Shown: piece after piece, positions 1 through 12,493 of the stretch
Position numbering within the stretch: the stretch's first letter is position 1
Layout: each line of letters starts with the position of its first letter
Assembly (NCBI RefSeq): GCF_001194135.2
Contig: NC_068981.1
Location: 122,479,356 to 122,522,817, forward strand
DNA: 43,462 nucleotides
Direction of reading: 5' to 3'
Source: Octopus bimaculoides
Lineage: Eukaryota
Notes under the pieces: generated by a model
The model's input: the letters and a program-made list of their open reading frames with translations, nothing else
The model's database searches: none
What the model was told of the DNA's origin: nothing
Program-made: the position numbers and the translations under genes

Positions 1-32
<32 letters not shown>

Positions 33-584
33 CATATATATATATGTACATATACGTATATATACATATACACACACACTTATACAGCAGACTACAATAT
101 TTCACCAGCAAGGAGAATGCTATATAGATGTATATATGGATGCACATTCACATACATATCGATATACTCCTCCATATATGTGTTTGTGTGTTTGTATGTG
201 TGTGAGTAGTTACTTAGAGAGGAGAGTAGTTAGAAGATAGACATACATTATCGAGTTTGAGTACTTGCTTGCGTTAATTTTCTCTTCGAAATGTTTTATT
301 GAATCCAAGTGTTTTTATAGATACTGAAGTAGAAGAATATCAACTTATTTAGGCCATAAAAGATGATATTTAAGTGCTCCTCACACATCATTGATTGTAG
401 CTTTACTTTAACTATTAAGAATATGGATAGAAGGAATGAAAACCCAAATGAATTTCTTTCTTTTTTCCTATTCTCCCATTGCGATCGCTATTTGCACATT
501 TTAACTTACTAGTATTGATATATCAACTCTCTCTCACTCAGTAAATGTAGCTCTCTACGTAAGTATGTGTACATATATTTATGT

Positions 585-608
585 ATACACACACACACAT
601 ACACACAC

Positions 609-646
<38 letters not shown>

Positions 647-850
647 AAACACACAGACACATGCGCACAAACACACAAACAAATTGTCTCATGATCTTTT
701 CTTTCGGTTTTTCGCATAGTTACACATGCGTGTCTGAATATTTCTCTCCCTCACTCACTCACTCACTCTCTCTCTCTCTCTCTCTTGCTCTCTTTCTCTC
801 TCTCTCCCTCTCTCTCCCTCTCTCTCTTTCTCTCTCTCATTCGCTCTTTG
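585..850. repeat. Compound (CA)n + (CT)n microsatellite
   Basis: Direct reading. It explains the HT- and SL-repeat ORFs at 565-975. Confidence 0.95.
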
Positions 851-1278
851 TGCACAGATATGCACACACATATACACGCGTGCCAATACATATATGTATA
901 TAAAAGTTCAGAGAGATAGGTAATTGCACAAGGACGAACCGATTTCATACGCGTATAGATATACGCACAGACCAACGCACATACACATTAACATAAGTAT
1001 ACTCATGGTATAATGAAGGCGTACGCATATAAAGAATATATGATCTAACTTTTCGTGAAAACAAATGTGAGTTTCATGGTGTCTATTATAAAGCCACAGA
1101 ACTAGAGAAAAAAAACAAGCTGGTGTATACGCAAAACGTTTCAGGAATACATCGACATATGATTGTTTATTTGAAACTTGAACTTCTCTATATTACTGAA
1201 AGCAAGAAGATGCGGCAAATAGCGCCATTGTAACGGAAAATGAGTGCAAAGACAGCCATTATTAGTGAATTTATAAAA

Positions 1279-1475
1279 GCGGCGAGCTGACAGAATACTT
1301 AGCCCGCATGATGAAATGCTTAGTGGTATTTCGCCCGTTGCTACGTTCTGAATTAAAATTCCACCATGGTCGTCATTGGTTTCATCCTTTCGGTGTTGAT
1401 AAATTAAGTACCAGTAAAAATCTTGGGTGATATAATCGACTAGTCCTCACCCCAAAAATTAGAGGCTTTGTGCCT
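1279..1475 (+). mobile_element. tRNA-derived SINE, family 1 (diverged copy)
   Basis: GCGGCGAGCTGACAGAA head, TTCTGAATTAAAATTCC B-box-like segment, TTTCATCCTTTCGG and AAGTACCAG body, shared with 12 other copies in the window. Confidence 0.85.
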
Positions 1476-1749
1476 CCAATGATTGGATGATTTCTTTATG
1501 CATTTGACATATTTCAGGGTGTGATGAATTAAATGCGAGGAGAATAAGTTAACCGGCAGTTGGATATTCCCCAATTAATTGCAATAATAATATCCGTAAT
1601 ATGTAAGCAATTTGGAACTTTTCTTCATCATTGCTAAATTTCTCTTTTTTCACTGAATATTATACGCTGGGGGTGTTAAATGTTTTCGTTAACCTCAAAG
1701 AAATATGTAAATCTATTTGAATCTACACCCATATTAAATACATCTAAGA

Positions 1750-1957
1750 CTGCGATCTGGCAAGATCGTTAGCATGCCCGATAAAATGTGTAACTGCATT
1801 TCCTCCGTCTAAACGATCGAGGTTCAAATTCCACCGAGGTGAAATTTGCCTTTCATCTTTTCAGGAATGAGAGAATAGTACCAGTTGAACACTGGGTTTC
1901 ATATAATCGATTTATCCCCACATTCAAATTTGCTGGCCTTGTTCCAAAATGTGAAAT
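1750..1957 (+). mobile_element. tRNA-derived SINE, family 1
   Basis: CTGGCAAGATCGTTAGC...GGTTCAAATTCCACCGAGG...TTTGCCTTTCATC...GTACCAGTTG...GGCCTTGTTCCAAAATGTGAAA aligns by eye with the other copies. Confidence 0.85.
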
Positions 1958-3740
1958 CAATATTAAGCACATATAAATATATAGTGATATATGTATTTAA
2001 AAAAGGGATTTGGCTCCATTTGTAACGAATCAAACAGGCCAATCTAGAGCAAAACAACAAGAAAGTAGATGAATAACAACAAATTAAAAATCAATATTTA
2101 TTCATGTCTATTCTCTCTCAACTGTTAACAAATATACTATTCTGTTGGTTTCATCGTCTCAAATATTAATGGAAAGTAGTGGTGATTGAATACCTATGGA
2201 AAATATAGAGAAAGTTTCTAGTTTTGTTTCATGTAATTCTGTTATATACTTTTCATCTAGAAAAATCAATCTTCACAAAATATAATTAGACAAAACTTAT
2301 CAAGCGTAAACAACCATGTTTTCAATCCACACTTTCGGAAAAAACATGCGTCATTCTGTTTACGAGTTTTAGTGGCTGAAAAAATGGAATACAAGAAAGA
2401 AAATTTCGAATATGTATGGGGAAATGTCATATAATCTGTGCAAGCAATTATGTGATAATGGGAAAGAAAATTGAAATAATTTAATTCAATCAAATTTTAG
2501 ATAGTGACATGCACTCTTAATTCGATATGAATTCTACATTTGAGAAATTTTCCAAATACAACTCTTAACTTATTCCCACTGAACTGAGCTACAGTTAACT
2601 ACATACCTTCTATTTGAAACAAATTCTGGAGCTAAATAAAAACGAACACAACTCCTTACAGTGTTACACATATACTAAAGCATTCTATAATTTAATGATT
2701 ATAATAATATAAGTTCAAGTACTATATCTTACATCAATGTATTACATAGAAAGAGACAATTTATAAATGTATTATTTTATGTGATGTTCCTGAATTCTCC
2801 AAAACTATTTTGTAGTTTGAAATATGATGTTACCAGGTTTCATGATACTACTATATAACGAATATTAAACTGTTATGTTTGGGGTGTACAATTGTAGTGA
2901 TCTAATTCGTGTTAAGTGGTTTACATTTCCTAGAAAATTATCTCTAACTATATGATATTTTATACATGTGATACAACAAAATTGCAAATGCATTGCTTGC
3001 TGTTATCATAGAGCAAGCGGTTAACACCTGTCAATGCAAGATTTGGATATTAAGTAAATTCTCGGTTGAAACATTTTAATTATTTTGCATACGGCATTAA
3101 AGTCAACAGAAACGTCATTAACTTTCATTTCGTTACGCTGTAATCAGCACTGATTTTCGTTTGTTCTGTACCTTTGAATGCTATCATTACTATTAGATAG
3201 TAATTAATCTATGTTTAAATAAAACCTGAATCAATTTCCTTTCACGACTAAATAAATGTATCAAGATATTTACCAATAGTAACTATATCATAAACAAGCA
3301 ACTATTACGTTTGTTGCTAAATGGATAATATAGATAGCATTAGAATATGATAACGTGGAAAACTCTGCATTTTATAATTTCAGTGATAATACTGATTAAT
3401 TTTAAAATTTCCTAATGAAGTTCATTTAAATGTTCTAAATACAGAGATATATTCCAGATTTAAGCAAACGTATAGCGCATGTGAGGAACTTATGCAAAAA
3501 CGTTTAACTTAATAGATGAAAGAAGACAAATAGACATTTCAATAACCTTAAGGTGTAGAGTAAAACATTGCTAAGCATCAGTAAAAACTAGTACAAGTTC
3601 GTATACACACATACACACACATAAACACACACACACACAAATTCAATACATTCCTGTGTATCTTTTTTTTTATAATCGGTCAAAGTCCCTTTCAAAATTA
3701 TTATAAGGCTTGTAAATTCACTCATTTGTTTACGCACACA

Positions 3741-3750
3741 TATCTATCAG

Positions 3751-3801
<51 letters not shown>

Positions 3802-3802
3802 G

Positions 3803-3864
<62 letters not shown>

Positions 3865-3877
3865 CATCCATCCATCC

Positions 3878-3952
<75 letters not shown>

Positions 3953-3958
3953 AATCTA
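3741..3958. repeat. (ATCT)n / (GATA)n tetranucleotide microsatellite
   Basis: About 50 units, read directly. Confidence 0.97.
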
Positions 3959-4249
3959 TTTATTTGTGTATTATCTTGTTGAATATATGTGTGTGTGTGC
4001 GTGTATGTAAGTCGGTAGGTAGGTGTGCGACTGCATGTATAGAAGTTTTAAAAGACTTGATATTTCAAATAATAGTTTTACATATGCATGAAGAGTACGG
4101 TAACACATTCTTTTGAATCAATGGAATCTAGAATAGAAAAAAAATAATATTCCTGTATTATAATGGATTATATATTCTTCCTGCAGTATATTACGTTTCC
4201 TAATGATCATACGCTATTCATACACTCCTATTACATACTCATCCATAGA

Positions 4250-4261
4250 TACACACACACA

Positions 4262-4321
<60 letters not shown>

Positions 4322-4489
4322 GATAGATAGATAGATAGATAGATATATAGATAGATATCTAGAGTTTTCTATCCACGTGTTTATNNNNNNNNNNNNNNNN
4401 NNNNNNNNNNNNNNNNNNNNNNNNNNNNNNNNNNNNNNNNNNNNNNNNNNNNNNNNNNNNNNNNNNNNNNNNNNNNNNNNNNNNNNNNN

Positions 4490-4559
<70 letters not shown>

Positions 4560-4568
4560 CATATATAT
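4250..4568. repeat. (CA)n/(GATA)n/(TA)n microsatellites around assembly gap 4385-4489
   Basis: Direct reading. Confidence 0.9.
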
Positions 4569-5061
4569 GGCTGTATGATGTATTTATGTGTGCAAGTATT
4601 AGCACACTTCGTTTCACATACCAGACGTTTTTGAAGCTTAGGATGTTCCAAAGTTCATAGTGATACTTAATTTTTTTGAACGAAAATGATGAATAGGAGC
4701 TTAAAGACATCCAGTGCAAAGCTAGTCTTTCTAGGTTCCTACATAAATAAATTTTGTAATAGTTGGACTTCAATTGGCGCTGCTGAAATTGGTTCATAGA
4801 AACGGAAGTTATTGTTCGGAAAGAACCAGAAAAAGATCACGGAGTAAACGCTTGATAGATAGGAGAGAGAAAGTTACCGTTGGCAATTTATATATTTTGA
4901 ACTGTGGAAAAGAAGCAATATAAAAACAAGAGAGCGGATAAATATAAGGAATAAAATTGATGCAATAGAGAGAGAGAAAAAAGAGAATAGATGAGGTGAA
5001 AAGAGACAAAGAGACACAGTTAAGAGAAAATTAAAATAAGAAAAATGCAACAGTGAAAAGG

Positions 5062-5070
5062 GAGAGAGAG

Positions 5071-5153
<83 letters not shown>
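5062..5153. repeat. (GA)n + (GAAA)n microsatellite
   Basis: Direct reading. Confidence 0.95.
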
Positions 5154-7471
5154 AAAAAGGAAACAATTGAATATCAAGAACACAAAAGAAACGAACCGAA
5201 TAGTTCATTTCTCAGAGTTTGCTGGTTAACATCATATAACCTATATATATGTATATATACATGTATANNNNNNNNNNNNNNNNNNNNNNNNNNNNNNNNN
5301 NNNNNNNNNNNNNNNNNNNNNNNNNNNNNNNNNNNNNNNNNNNNNNNNNNNNNNNNNNNNNNNNNNNNNNNNNNNNNNNNNNNNNNNNNNNNNNNNNNNN
5401 NNNNNNNNNNNNNNNNNNNNNNNNNNNNNNNNNNNNNNNNNNNNNNNNNNNNNNNNNNNNNNNNNNNNNNNNNNNNNNNNNNNNNNNNNNNNNNNNNNNN
5501 NNNNNNNNNNNNNNNNNNNNNNNNNNNNNNNNNNNNNNNNNNNNNNNNNNNNNNNNNNNNNNNNNNNNNNNNNNNNNNNNNNNNNNNNNNNNNNNNNNNN
5601 NNNNNNNNNNNNNNNNNNNNNNNNNTATATATATATAAACGTTCTCCATAGCATTTCAGTAAAATGTAGGTTACTTTATTGTTTAGTACATTCAAATCAG
5701 GTGAGCTATTGCTTAATATGAAATTAGCATTACATATACTGAGAGAAGCATATCTATAGCACATTGATGTATGAAATTATGGTTGCGTAATAAAAATATC
5801 AAAAACAATAAATTATATAATAAAGTGAGAAGTAAAGGATTAGTATTTTATGAAGATACATTTTAGAGAAAGGAATGAATATAGTTTAGTGAACGGAAAA
5901 TTTTGAATTAAATCAGAATTAAATTCCATATAATGTATTATATGTTTGCTTTAAAATGAGGTATGTATGACAATGTGAAACACTAGAAATAAGAATGATT
6001 TCAAATCTTGGCACCGGTGAAGCAGTTTATCGACATTGTAGAGACGAAAAGTAAGGTAGATTCCGAGTAAAGAAGTAATGTATAAGAATACACCGAAAGA
6101 AGTTTTACTGCAACTTGAATATAAATTGAGGTAAAGGAGGATTTGAGACAGATGAAATGATGATGATGATGATGTAGAAATTAGTTTAGAACGTTAATTA
6201 TGATGATTTGTAAGCGTAGAAGCAAGTGTGATATATATTTCCGAATTCTTTATCAATAAAAACTCAAGGAAGTTTCCTGAAGTTATTGCATTTAGATAAA
6301 TGTGGGTTATTTTAATTTAAGTTGTAGTTTAAAAATTACTATGGTGTTATCTAATGTTGAGAATAGATATAGCAACATGCTAACCTGGTAAAACAAATAC
6401 GTACTGCTAGACAATGAATTTTAAATACATCATATCTGTTGTAGTTGTGAGATAAAGAACATGCTGTGTTCTTTATCTAAATACAATTAATAACATTAAA
6501 GGAATAGTTGCAGAAAGTAGAACGTGATTAGAATTAGGTCTAGAAAACTTTCACAATTCTAATTGTAATTACTTGAAATAAAGCTGCAGTGTTACCTAAA
6601 AGGATACGTTATCATTGTAGAGTGAAAATAAACGTTTTATATTGTTTGGCATTAAGGGCGTAATATTCTTATTATATTTGTAATACGTTCCTTAGGGTAC
6701 TTTATGACTAATTCCTATACTGTTCGTAAACTGCCGTGTCATTTGTGCATGTATGTATTTGACAATAGACATGATTCTGTATTTTTATCGGTTTTAACCT
6801 GTATGTTAAATTTCAATTTTCATATCCCGCATAACCTAGAATCTAAATTATTCATTGTTTCTTTTGCATTCCTGAAATTATGACGACAATTTTAATTCAT
6901 AAATACAAATGGGTTGAGTGATAAAAATAAAATTATGCGAAGTGTTGATAGATTTTATGTTACATTGGTGAACTACATCAACGGCTAATCACTTAGGTTC
7001 TACGGGACAAGTATGAGGATGATCCAATTGCAGTTTTTATTAGACATAAGAATACAACTGCGGTTTAAACTGTTCTGTGAAAAGCTTGTACCTTTCAGGT
7101 GAATGTATCGATTGGGTAAAATTTAGTGTGCTCCAATAATCAGTTTTAAATGTGATGCTAATAGATGTTACATTAAACTTATGATGTAGATGTAAGACAT
7201 TTCTAAGTAATTTGAAGAAGGATTTCGTTAGTTCAGGGACAGAGTTGACGAACAAACATACTGAATAAACTTGTTTACTTTCTGTAGGGTTTTGAAAATT
7301 TATGGCTAACATATAAGATTATTTCTTTAAAACGAATAATAGGAAATAAGGTACATATTCTTTAAAACTTACGCACATCACAATGAATTCTTATTAATTT
7401 AAGAACAATCCTAGCTCAGCTCGGGTTATACAAGCACGAACACACATACATATATGTTTATAATATGTATA

Positions 7472-7502
<31 letters not shown>

Positions 7503-7889
7503 NNNNNNNNNNNNNNNNNNNNNNNNNNNNNNNNNNNNNNNNNNNNNNNNNNNNNNNNNNNNNNNNNNNNNNNNNNNNNNNNNNNNNNNNNNNNNNNNNN
7601 NNNNNNNNNNNNNNNNNNNNNNNNNNNNNNNNNNNNNNNNNNNNNNNNNNNNNNNNNNNNNNNNNNNNNNNNNNNNNNNNNNNNATAGGGAAAGTAAGAA
7701 GAAAAAAGCGAAAATGCACATTGGATATCAAAAAAAATTAAGACTTTTTTAACGAAAAGTCACGATAAATATATACTATTAGATGAACTGAGGTAGAATT
7801 AAGTAGAATAAAAATCATTATTATGAATTGTTAAAGGGATTCAAAGTCATACCGGTTTCGTTAATGACTGTTCGGTGAGCATTCAAAGC

Positions 7890-8170
7890 GACATGAGTAG
7901 CAACTTGGTTAAGTACCTTCTACTATTGCCTCGGGCAGAGCGAAGTCATATGAGTGGATATGGTGGACGGAAACTGAAAGAAACCTGTCGTATATTTATG
8001 TATATATTTATGTCAGTTTGTCTTTGTGTCAATATCTTTACTGCAGCTATTGCTTGTCGACCGATGTTGGTATGTTTAATCCATTTAACGGCAAAAGATT
8101 CCAGTAGAATAATTCCTGGAGTCAGTCTTTTCGACTAAACACTCTGCATGGCCTCAGTCAGATGGTTGAA
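7890..8170 (+). mobile_element. SINE family 2, degraded copy
   Basis: CTTCTACTATTGCCTCGGGC, GACGGAAACTGAAAGAAACCTGTCGTATAT and GCATGGCCTCAGTCAGATGGTTGAAA match the intact copy at 35186-35587. Confidence 0.75.
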
Positions 8171-8189
8171 AAATTACAAGATTAATAGA

Positions 8190-8345
8190 ATATTGATAAG
8201 GAGTTGGATTCACGTTTGCGAGATTGTGATTTCAATTCCTAGACGGTGTGCGGCAGGAACGTTTGATCACAATAAACAAACCTTGTGCGTAGGTTGTTCG
8301 GCAATAGCTAAACACTCATACGTTGTCTCCGACGGGTGAGTCCAT
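8190..8345 (+). mobile_element. Possible third tRNA-derived SINE head
   Basis: GAGATTGTGATTTCAATTCC resembles a B-box and matches AAGATTGTGAGTTCAATT at about 27308. It runs into a (CA)n array. Confidence 0.35.
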
Positions 8346-8347
8346 AA

Positions 8348-8744
8348 CACACACACACACACACACACANNNNNNNNNNNNNNNNNNNNNNNNNNNNNNN
8401 NNNNNNNNNNNNNNNNNNNNNNNNNNNNNNNNNNNNNNNNNNNNNNNNNNNNNNNNNNNNNNNNNNNNNNNNNNNNNNNNNNNNNNNNNNNNNNNNNNNN
8501 NNNNNNNNNNNNNNNNNNNNNNNNNNNNNNNNNNNNNNNNNNNNNNNNNNNNNNNNNNNNNNNNNNNNNNNNNNNNNNNNNNNNNNNNNNNNNNNNNNNN
8601 NNNNNNNNNNNNNNNNNNNNNNNNNNNNNNNNNNNNNNNNNNNNNNNNNNNNNNNNNNNNNNNNNNNNNNNNNNNNNNNNNNNNNNNNNNNNNNNNNNNN
8701 NNNNNNNNNNNNNNNNNNNNNNNNNNNNACACACACACAAACAC

Positions 8745-8814
<70 letters not shown>

Positions 8815-8830
8815 CACACACACATACACA
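8348..8830. repeat. (CA)n array spanning assembly gap 8370-8728
   Basis: Direct reading. Confidence 0.9.
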
Positions 8831-9129
8831 CAGAAGCATGTTAAATTCCATATATAACACTAACAGAAAGTTTTTATGTATGTGTTTAAATCAACATTTT
8901 CTCAGTCTATTTCCCGCTCCTAAGAGAAGACATATGCGGTTTCCTTCCGCAATCAATAGCTTATTTCAGCAGTTATCTAATGTAGTCATATTTTAGCTTA
9001 ACACCTTTGAAGTTAGGCTAATTTACATATGTTTGCATTTGATGGCTTTGTATTGATTAAACAATATCTATGTTCGCTTTATATATCAGCTGATATATAC
9101 TGTTATGAGAGTATAAAATAAATATTCTC

Positions 9130-9320
9130 TCCTGTAGGCGCAAGGTCCGAAATGTTGGGGGAGGGGGTAGTCAATTAGATCTACCCCAGTACGCAACTGG
9201 TACGTAATTTATTGACCCCGAAAAGATGAAAGGCAAAGTCGACCTCGGCGGAATTAGAACTCAGAACGTAAAGCCAGACGAAATACCCCTAAGCATTTCG
9301 CCCGGCGTTCTAAAGTTTCT
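9130..9320 (-). mobile_element. SINE family 1 (head truncated)
   Basis: Reverse complement of the family body: GATGAAAGGCAAAGTCGACCTCGGCGGAATTAGAACTCAGAACG...CTAAGCATTTCGCCCGGCG. Confidence 0.9.
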
Positions 9321-9330
9321 TATTTTTTTA

Positions 9331-9550
9331 TTACCCACAAGTGGCGAAACATAGAGGAGATAAACAAGGACAGACAAAGGGATTAAGTCGATTACATCGA
9401 CCCCAGTGCGTAACTGGTATTTAATTTATCGACCCCGAAAATAAGAAAGGCAATGTCGACCTCGGCGGAATTTGCACTGAGAACATAACGGCAGACGAAA
9501 TACTGCTAAGCATTTCGCCCGGCGTGCTAAAGTTTCTGCCAGCTCGCCGC
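9331..9550 (-). mobile_element. SINE family 1, full head, alternative 3' tail
   Basis: Ends on + in CTGCCAGCTCGCCGC (head). The body is near-identical to the neighbouring copy but the 3' segment differs. Confidence 0.9.
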
Positions 9551-9760
9551 GTGAGTTTAGAATAAATAATGTTTAATCAATGAAAGTCTTTCAATAGTGT
9601 GAGTGTGCAAATTAGGCGAATAAAACAGGTAGTAACCTGCTTTCGAGTGCTCTATGTAACGTTTGATTTATTCTTTTCATTATGGAAAGAAGCTTTTTAC
9701 GTTTTCCTACAGAGCGATGAACAAAGCTTGAAAAGTTCTCCTAAGTAGAAGCTTCGTTCT

Positions 9761-9761
9761 T

Positions 9762-9796
<35 letters not shown>

Positions 9797-9799
9797 TTT
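9761..9799. repeat. (TTTA)n microsatellite
   Basis: Direct reading. Confidence 0.95.
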
Positions 9800-12044
9800 T
9801 TGCGTATGTCAATAGCATAAAAAATGTATGGTTAGTTTCTTTTTTCCGACAGATTGTTACTTCCACCAAAGTATTGTTTCAAACTAAATATTGTTGCCAC
9901 TGTGATAATTATTCTCTTGATAATTTTATTTCTGTATAGCCAACTAATAGAAGTAAGTCGATATTTCTCTGATGAGGTCTTATTCGATTCGTCCCAGAAC
10001 CGAAAGTATCTAAAATATTTGTGTCACTGTATAATATGTTCTTTTAAATATATTAACACAATTAAAGTAAGCAGTATTGTTCTATACCTGTTAGTACAAC
10101 TGATTCTACAACACTGTTCTATACCTGTTAGTACACTAATTGATTCGATTTTGCTATAAATTGAAACAATCCAGCTTTAATAAAGTAATCTTTTTAATAT
10201 TCTTTATGAGTCCAATGATAAAAATGTACATAAGCGTGTCGTATGAATTACGAAAAAATAAAGAGTAAAAACAGAAACACATGTTACCTTCAAATTTTCT
10301 TCCCACTCCTATTTTATTTTGTCTTCCTCAAAGTTTATATGAAAACGTTGACTAGTAGTGTTCTCAGAAGAAAGACATTGTCTTTATTCATATGGGAAAT
10401 TCACTGAACAAACCAAAATTCTGTCAAGATTTTATACTTCAGCATCTGTAAAACATATGGTTTGAAATCTAATGTGAAAGATATATTGACGCACGGTGAG
10501 TATCATACACCATATGCTTACTAGTGGTGTATACATATATATTTGGCATGACTGAGTATTTAATGTCAACACTATTTTTTTCACTTACGTTCTCAAAATT
10601 TAATCGGTAAAATAATGAATGCCAAACGAAGATATTTGTAATTACATTTGCGTAGCAAGTAACTGAAGAGAATTATAAAATATTGTTACTTATATGTACT
10701 TGGGTGAGGGAAAAGTAAGTAGTCAGCCGGCAAGAAATGAAAGTAGAGCATAATTGGATGTAACTAATTAAAGATCATTAGCCTTATTCTCTACATATTG
10801 TGATATTTGATTTCCGCTATACTCTTTACTAGTAAAACGTTTATTGCGAATAAAAAACCGTGGAATCATCTTTTATTTCGCAATGGATGCTATTTTTGTT
10901 CAGTTATATAAGGAAAGGTAAACAAATGATTCATATGATTTTCTTCTAAGCTAAAATAGAACACATTTGTCAGCAACAGAAAATAAAACGGTATACTTAT
11001 AAAATGCCTATCTGTAAAAGTAATCATACAGAGTACATTGATTATAATTCAAACTTCATTAGTGTTTTGCATTCCTTTTACCACAAGGAAATCTATGGCT
11101 TCCCGCTGAATGGCTTAACAGTTTTTCCAGAGTTTGAAGTGCTTCATTTATAGACCAGTAATTATTTAAAGAATTCCTTTGTTGATAAATTACTGTTGAA
11201 TACATGAGATATGCTGTCGGCCGCCAAGTAGTAATATTTCTTTTTATACTGTGTATACCTTTGAAAAAGCAAAGCATGTAAAGCATAAACACGATCTTTC
11301 TACAATAATGTATATCTGCATTCATATTTCTAAGCGATAATATGCAAAACAAAGTTATCTGCAATGGAGGGCATCAAGCATAATCTGAAATCAATAACTC
11401 TCATCTATATATCCTTTGGCGAAAACTGTTCATAACGTTGGTGTAAATACCAGAAGAATTGAAATTTAATATTTTATCACACACTTCACGAGCTTACACA
11501 CATGTACAGATATCAGCAAACATGTGTTTCTTGAGTGTGTTAGCTTTCTTTATATGTGTTGGTGTATATATACGTTTATATATATATATGTACTTGTGTA
11601 TGTATCTCAACTTGCACAGCGACAAAAAATCATTTTTACCTTAGTACTTATCACATTGAGTTTCTGAAACCGAAAGTAAAGTATGAAATAGGAAAGTACA
11701 AGTACTATTCAAAAGAAATTATAAGGAGACCCAATTCAAAATGAATTATATATTAATGGCTATGGATGCAAGAAAGGTAATTATAATAGTCGAGGAAGTG
11801 AAAAAGAGAACGTTATATATGTAGCAATCATTTTACTTGCACACTCAAATCTTGAAAAAATTGGTAAGGTAGAGCTACTCTTGTAACTTGAATTCCGATA
11901 CGTACAATAGACCTGCGATACTTTCGTAGTGAAAATATACGCAAGACAATTTAGCTTCATGAAATACTTCATTAAAAATAAAAGAAAAACAAAACTGGAA
12001 ACTTCAGCTTCTAAATTGAAACTAAGAAAACAGAATTTTTCTTG

Positions 12045-12291
12045 TTCTTCTCCTCCTTCTCTGCCTCTTCCTCCTCCTCTGCATCTTCCTCCTCCTCTGC
12101 CTCTTCCTCCTCCTCTGCCTCTTCCTCCTCCTCTGCCTCTTCCTCCTCCTTTTCCTCTTCCTCTTCCTCTGCCCCTCCCCCTCCTCTGCCTCCTCCTCCT
12201 CCTCTGCCTCTTTCTCCCCCTCCTCCGCTCCCCTCCCCTCCCCTCCTCCTCTGCCTCTTTCTCCCCCTCCTCCGCTCCCCTCCTCCTCCCC
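12045..12291. repeat. Polypyrimidine/polypurine minisatellite (about 18-bp CTCTGCCTCTTCCTCCTC unit degenerating into C-rich tracts)
   Basis: About 5 tandem 18-mers read directly. It runs into gap 12292-12493. Confidence 0.9.
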
Positions 12292-12493
12292 NNNNNNNNN
12301 NNNNNNNNNNNNNNNNNNNNNNNNNNNNNNNNNNNNNNNNNNNNNNNNNNNNNNNNNNNNNNNNNNNNNNNNNNNNNNNNNNNNNNNNNNNNNNNNNNNN
12401 NNNNNNNNNNNNNNNNNNNNNNNNNNNNNNNNNNNNNNNNNNNNNNNNNNNNNNNNNNNNNNNNNNNNNNNNNNNNNNNNNNNNNNNNNNNNN

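Noticed and set aside
5996-6065. Possible very degraded SINE-1 fragment
   Set aside because: Only the TTTCAAATCTTGGCAC segment matches, which is too little to call.
7040-7312. 90-aa minus ORF and a 17-nt plus micro-exon candidate (7099-7115)
   Set aside because: No recognisable motif, a weak donor, and a length expected by chance.
10078-10135. Direct repeat with spacer resembling a CRISPR unit
   Set aside because: Only two units, a 16-bp spacer, a eukaryotic context and no cas genes.
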